Assembly: GCF_009914755.1 (NCBI RefSeq) | Contig: NC_060938.1 | Length of the DNA stretch: 64,000 bases | Strand: one strand, 5' to 3' | From: the human T2T-CHM13v2.0 reference genome, Homo sapiens | Shown here: piece by piece, positions 60,000-64,000 of the stretch | Numbering within the stretch: position 1 is the stretch's first letter | Layout: every line of letters starts with the position of its first letter | Position numbers and translations under genes: made by a program | Notes under the pieces: model-generated | What the model was told of the DNA's origin: nothing | What the model saw: the letters and a program-made list of their open reading frames with translations, nothing else | Databases searched by the model: none

Positions 60000-62900
60000 C
60001 TTTTTCATTCTTCCAAAATAATTTTATAAACAAGTTGAATAACTCCAGGAAAAAGCCTCATAGTATTTTTGTGAGTATCATATTACTTTTATAGAATAAC
60101 TTACTTTAGGAAGAATTGACATCTTTCTGATATTGAATCTTACTCTTTCTAAGAACATGGTATGTCTTTCCATTTGTTCAAGTCTGTGCCTTTCTTGGGG
60201 TGCTTTTTTCTCATATAGATTTTGGAATTTCTTATAGAGCTCTTGCTTAGTATTTTCTTTCGTCATTTTTTGCCATCATAATTGAGATGTATCATTTCTT
60301 CTATTTTAAAATTTTGAATACATGAAGGCTATTGAGTTTTTGTATGCTGATTTTATAACTTTATTTTACTAAATTATTTTCTTTTTGTAGTCATTTTTCC
60401 ATCTATTCTTTTGGGTTTTCAAGATATACAATTGTATGCTCTGCAAATAGAAAATAGTTTTGTCCTTTCTTTTCTACTCAATTTTTATGCCTCTAATTGC
60501 TTTCTTGTTTTCTGATTGCATTGGTCAGTATCTCCAATACAGTGTGAAATATAGCAGAGAGAGTGGGTGTTCTTGGCTTGTATTTTACTTTAGTAGGAAA
60601 ATCTCTTGTATTTCTCTTTTAAGTAAGATATTATTTTGGGCTGAGGTAATATACTAGGCAGTATCTGTCAATTCTTATTTTGTTAAGTTTTTTTTTTAAA
60701 CCGAAATGGGTGTTGAGTCAAGTTTATTTTCTGCATCTATGGAGACCATATTGCTTCCTCTCTTAACTTTATTAATATGCTTGGTTGAATTTCATCATAT
60801 TTTAAGAATTTTTGCATTGATATTAATAAGTTAGATTGTTTCATAGGTGTTTTTCTGGGGGGTAGAGTGGGAAGTAATTTTATTCAGGACCTGGGAACAA
60901 TGTGATACTCAATACATAAAGTGAGCCTGGAAATTTTGCTTCCTTTCTAAACTTTGGAATAATATAATAGCATTGGTGTTATCTGATCTTTAAAAGTTTT
61001 TTAGAGTTCCCCTGTAAAACAATCTGGCCTGTGCTTTTTTTGTAGTGGAACTCTTTAACTTCTTTCTCTATTTGTTGTATGACACTTGTTCTATTTAGAC
61101 TTTCTGTTTCTACTGGGGTCAATTTTGGTAAGTTTTATTTCTCTAAAAAATTATGCATTTCATCTAAGTTTTCAAATTTGTTTGCATAGAATTATGCAAA
61201 TGACTATCTTAGAAATTTTAAAAATTCCTCTGTTTTGATGTTTATTTTCTGCTTGTCATTTCTAATGCATACAGTTGGCCCTCTGTATCTGGTGGTTTTT
61301 GCATCCATGGATTCAACCAACAGTAGATCAAAAATATTTGGGAAAAAAACAATAAAAAATAGTACAATAAAAAAATACAGTGGGGTATGACAACTATTCC
61401 TATAGGATGATATTTTATTCGGTATTATAAAACAGAGATGATTTAAAGTATACAGGAGGATGTGCATAGGTTATATGCAAATACTATATAATTTTATAAA
61501 AAGGACTTGAACATCCAAGGATTTTGGTACCTGCAGAAGGTTAGGGGTGGGGGTGGGTCCAGGAACCAATCCCTGGTGGATACTGAGGGATGACTGTATT
61601 TAATGTTGTGTATTTGTGCTGTCTCTCCTGCCCCCTTTAAAAAATTGGGTTAGTGGTTTGTCTATTTTGTCGATTTCTTTTTCAAGAAACCAGTTATTTT
61701 TATTTATTTATTACTTCTAGTTTTTGGCATTTCTAAATTAATTTCAGTTTTTATTATTAATTTCTGATTATTTTTTCCTTGATTTCTTTGTTTTATTTTG
61801 TATTCCTCTAGCTTTTTGAGTTGGCTGTTAATTTTTTTTTTTTTTTAAATTTTTATTGAGATAGGCATTTCATGCAATATATTTTTCTTTGACACTTCCT
61901 TTAGTTGTAGCCTACAGATTCTGGTAATGTCAGGCTTTATTATAACTATTTTCAAGAAATTCTGCAATTGAATTTTGTATATTTGCCTTTGACCTAAGAG
62001 TGGTTTAAAAGTGCATAAATTTCCATGTGGAAGGGCATTTTTGTTTCTCTGTTGTGTTGTTGATTTCTAATTTTATTGCCTTATGGTCTGAGGATACTAT
62101 TTACATTATTTCTATTCTGTAGCACATTGAGGTTTTTGCTGTGTCATAAGATTTAGTCAGTTTTTGTGAATACCACATATGTACTTAAAAAGAAGTTGTA
62201 ATCTCTATTATTATTGATACAATAATATGAGTTTGATGTATATCTATAAGATCTACCTTGTAATGTTGTTTAGGTCTTTTATACCTTTTATTAATTTTTA
62301 GTCCACTTGATCTTGGATTGTGAGAGGTATGTTAAAGTCTCCTATTATTAGTGTGTTTCTGTCTATTTCTTCTTGCATCTTCTGTAGGTTGCTGCTTAAT
62401 CGAAGTTATTACTGTGTTACTGGGTGCATAAATACTAATAACTAATATCTTCATTGTGAATTGTAGCCTTAAACATTATAAAGGGCACTTCTTTATCTAT
62501 TTTAATGCTTTCTGGTCTGAATTCCACCTTGTCAGATATTAAGATTATGACCCCGTTTTCTTTTTATTTGTGTTTGCCTGATATATCTTTTGCCATCCTT
62601 TTATTTTTAACTCTTTTGAATCTCTTTGTTTTAGATGTGTCTCTTGTATTCTGCATAGTGTTGGATTTTGCTTTGTTAGCCAATCTGAAAATCCTTTTCT
62701 TTTAATAGGTGAGTTAAGCCCTTTTACATCTATTGATATGATTAATATGTTTGGCCTCAGTTCTATCATATTATTTTATTTTTATGTATTTTATATCTAA
62801 ACTCTTTCATTATGCAGTGGGTTTTATTTGCTCATTTTTTTCTTTTGGTTAACTTTATACTAAGACTTCTATATAATACTGCTAGTCCTCTTGTTTTTGG

Positions 62901-63720
62901 ACTAACTAGTTCCCTACATTGAATAATATTGCAATTAGCTTCTAACCTCTTCTCTCTACCCTCCTTCTAACCCAGTATCTGATATACAATAGTGTCATTT
63001 TGTTTACAATTAATACCCATTAGACAATCATATCCATATGCCCTCCATGCCTCCTGATTTTTGATAATTGTATTTTAGCTGCTATATTTTCTTTCTTATA
63101 ATCATGGTTTAGCTTTGTTTCTCAGATAAATTTATATTTAATACTCATCACTCATTCTTATACTGCTGTCTTTCAGTCTTTTTGGTTGTCTTAATCGCCA
63201 TTTCTAATAGATCCTTTAGGAAGGGCTTACAGAATCAATTATTGCCTGAGTTTTGGCAAGTTTATAATAGTTTGCAACTTTGTACTTGGAGGTCAGCTTG
63301 GGTGGACATAAAATCTTTGACTTATATTTCGCCAACTTGAGTATTTTAAATTTGTCACATCATTTTTTTTGGCATTAAGGATTGGTGAAAAGTCCAGTGA
63401 CAATCTTGTTTTCTTAGTGGCTTAGTCTTTTTTTTTAATCTCCTTTTAAGTAGCCTTAACTATAATATGATTCATTGTTGGGTCATGCTGAAATGATTGC
63501 AGTATGTCCTTTCAATAAGTTCAAGATGTTTTTTTAATTTTAGGAAATACAGTTTCTGGAGATACAGTTTTAATACTTGTTTTGTTCCATTGTTTGGCAT
63601 TTTCTCTTGAGATCCCTATCGTACACATGTTGGGTGTTTTTTGCTTATCTTCTGTAGGATCATTTTCTACTGTACGTTTTAAAAATCTCTTCCTTTATTT
63701 CTTTTAGAGTTTTTTTAGAA
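60000..63720 (-). mobile_element. L1ME-like LINE-1 remnant (ORF2 to ORF1)
   Basis: ORF MIELRPNILIISIDVKGLNSPIKRK...LCRIQETHLKQRD is an L1 endonuclease N-terminus; other decayed ORF2 text. Confidence 0.8.
61272..61596. mobile_element. MER2 (TcMar-Tigger) DNA transposon
   Basis: TA-flanked TIRs cagttggccctctgtatc ... gatactgagggatgactg; internal gcatccatggattcaaccaa. Confidence 0.9.
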
Positions 63721-64000
63721 TTACCCACACAATATACCTTTATTAGTCTACATGTGAACTAGCTTATTCTTGGTGATTCTGCATGTATATAGAACTATGT
63801 ATTTATTTAGGCCTTATTTTGAAATGTTAAATATAAAGTTGATAACATTCAGTTGAATATTATCTTATTTTGCATAAATTCAACTTATTCATTATAAGTA
63901 CAAGCATTTGACTACTATCGCCATGTCTTCTAATGTAGACACGCCCAAATACATACATATTAAGATACGTCATTTTATCCTCTTTTTGTTTACGTGGAAA

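Overview
Primate (almost certainly human) genomic DNA dominated by interspersed repeats: Alu/FLAM, L1 of several ages, L2, MIR, MaLR and MER4-type LTRs, and Tigger/MER2/MER46/MER81 DNA transposons. The only host coding sequence I can support is a 22-nt first coding exon (ATG TCC ACC AAA GCG GAG CAG T|gtaagt, MSTKAEQ-F) in a CpG island at ~51.6-52.6 kb. It matches the N-terminus of UNC79 (NALCN channel complex subunit) as I recall it. A near-perfect RE1/NRSE (REST site) lies 180 bp into the intron, and no second exon is visible. There is one retroposed Y4 RNA pseudogene and one U6 snRNA pseudogene. I found no new multi-gene system. The unusual items are structural: three fold-back hairpins at transposon junctions, a TSD-less L1PA3-like element whose ORF1 is fused in frame to an LTR-derived ATG, a microhomology Alu/THE1 deletion junction, a 10-nt Alu insertion with a perfect TSD, a FLAM-unique-polyT-FLAM composite, and a possible ancient Gypsy relic. 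Repeat subfamily names are recalled by eye, not from RepeatMasker, and old-repeat boundaries are approximate.
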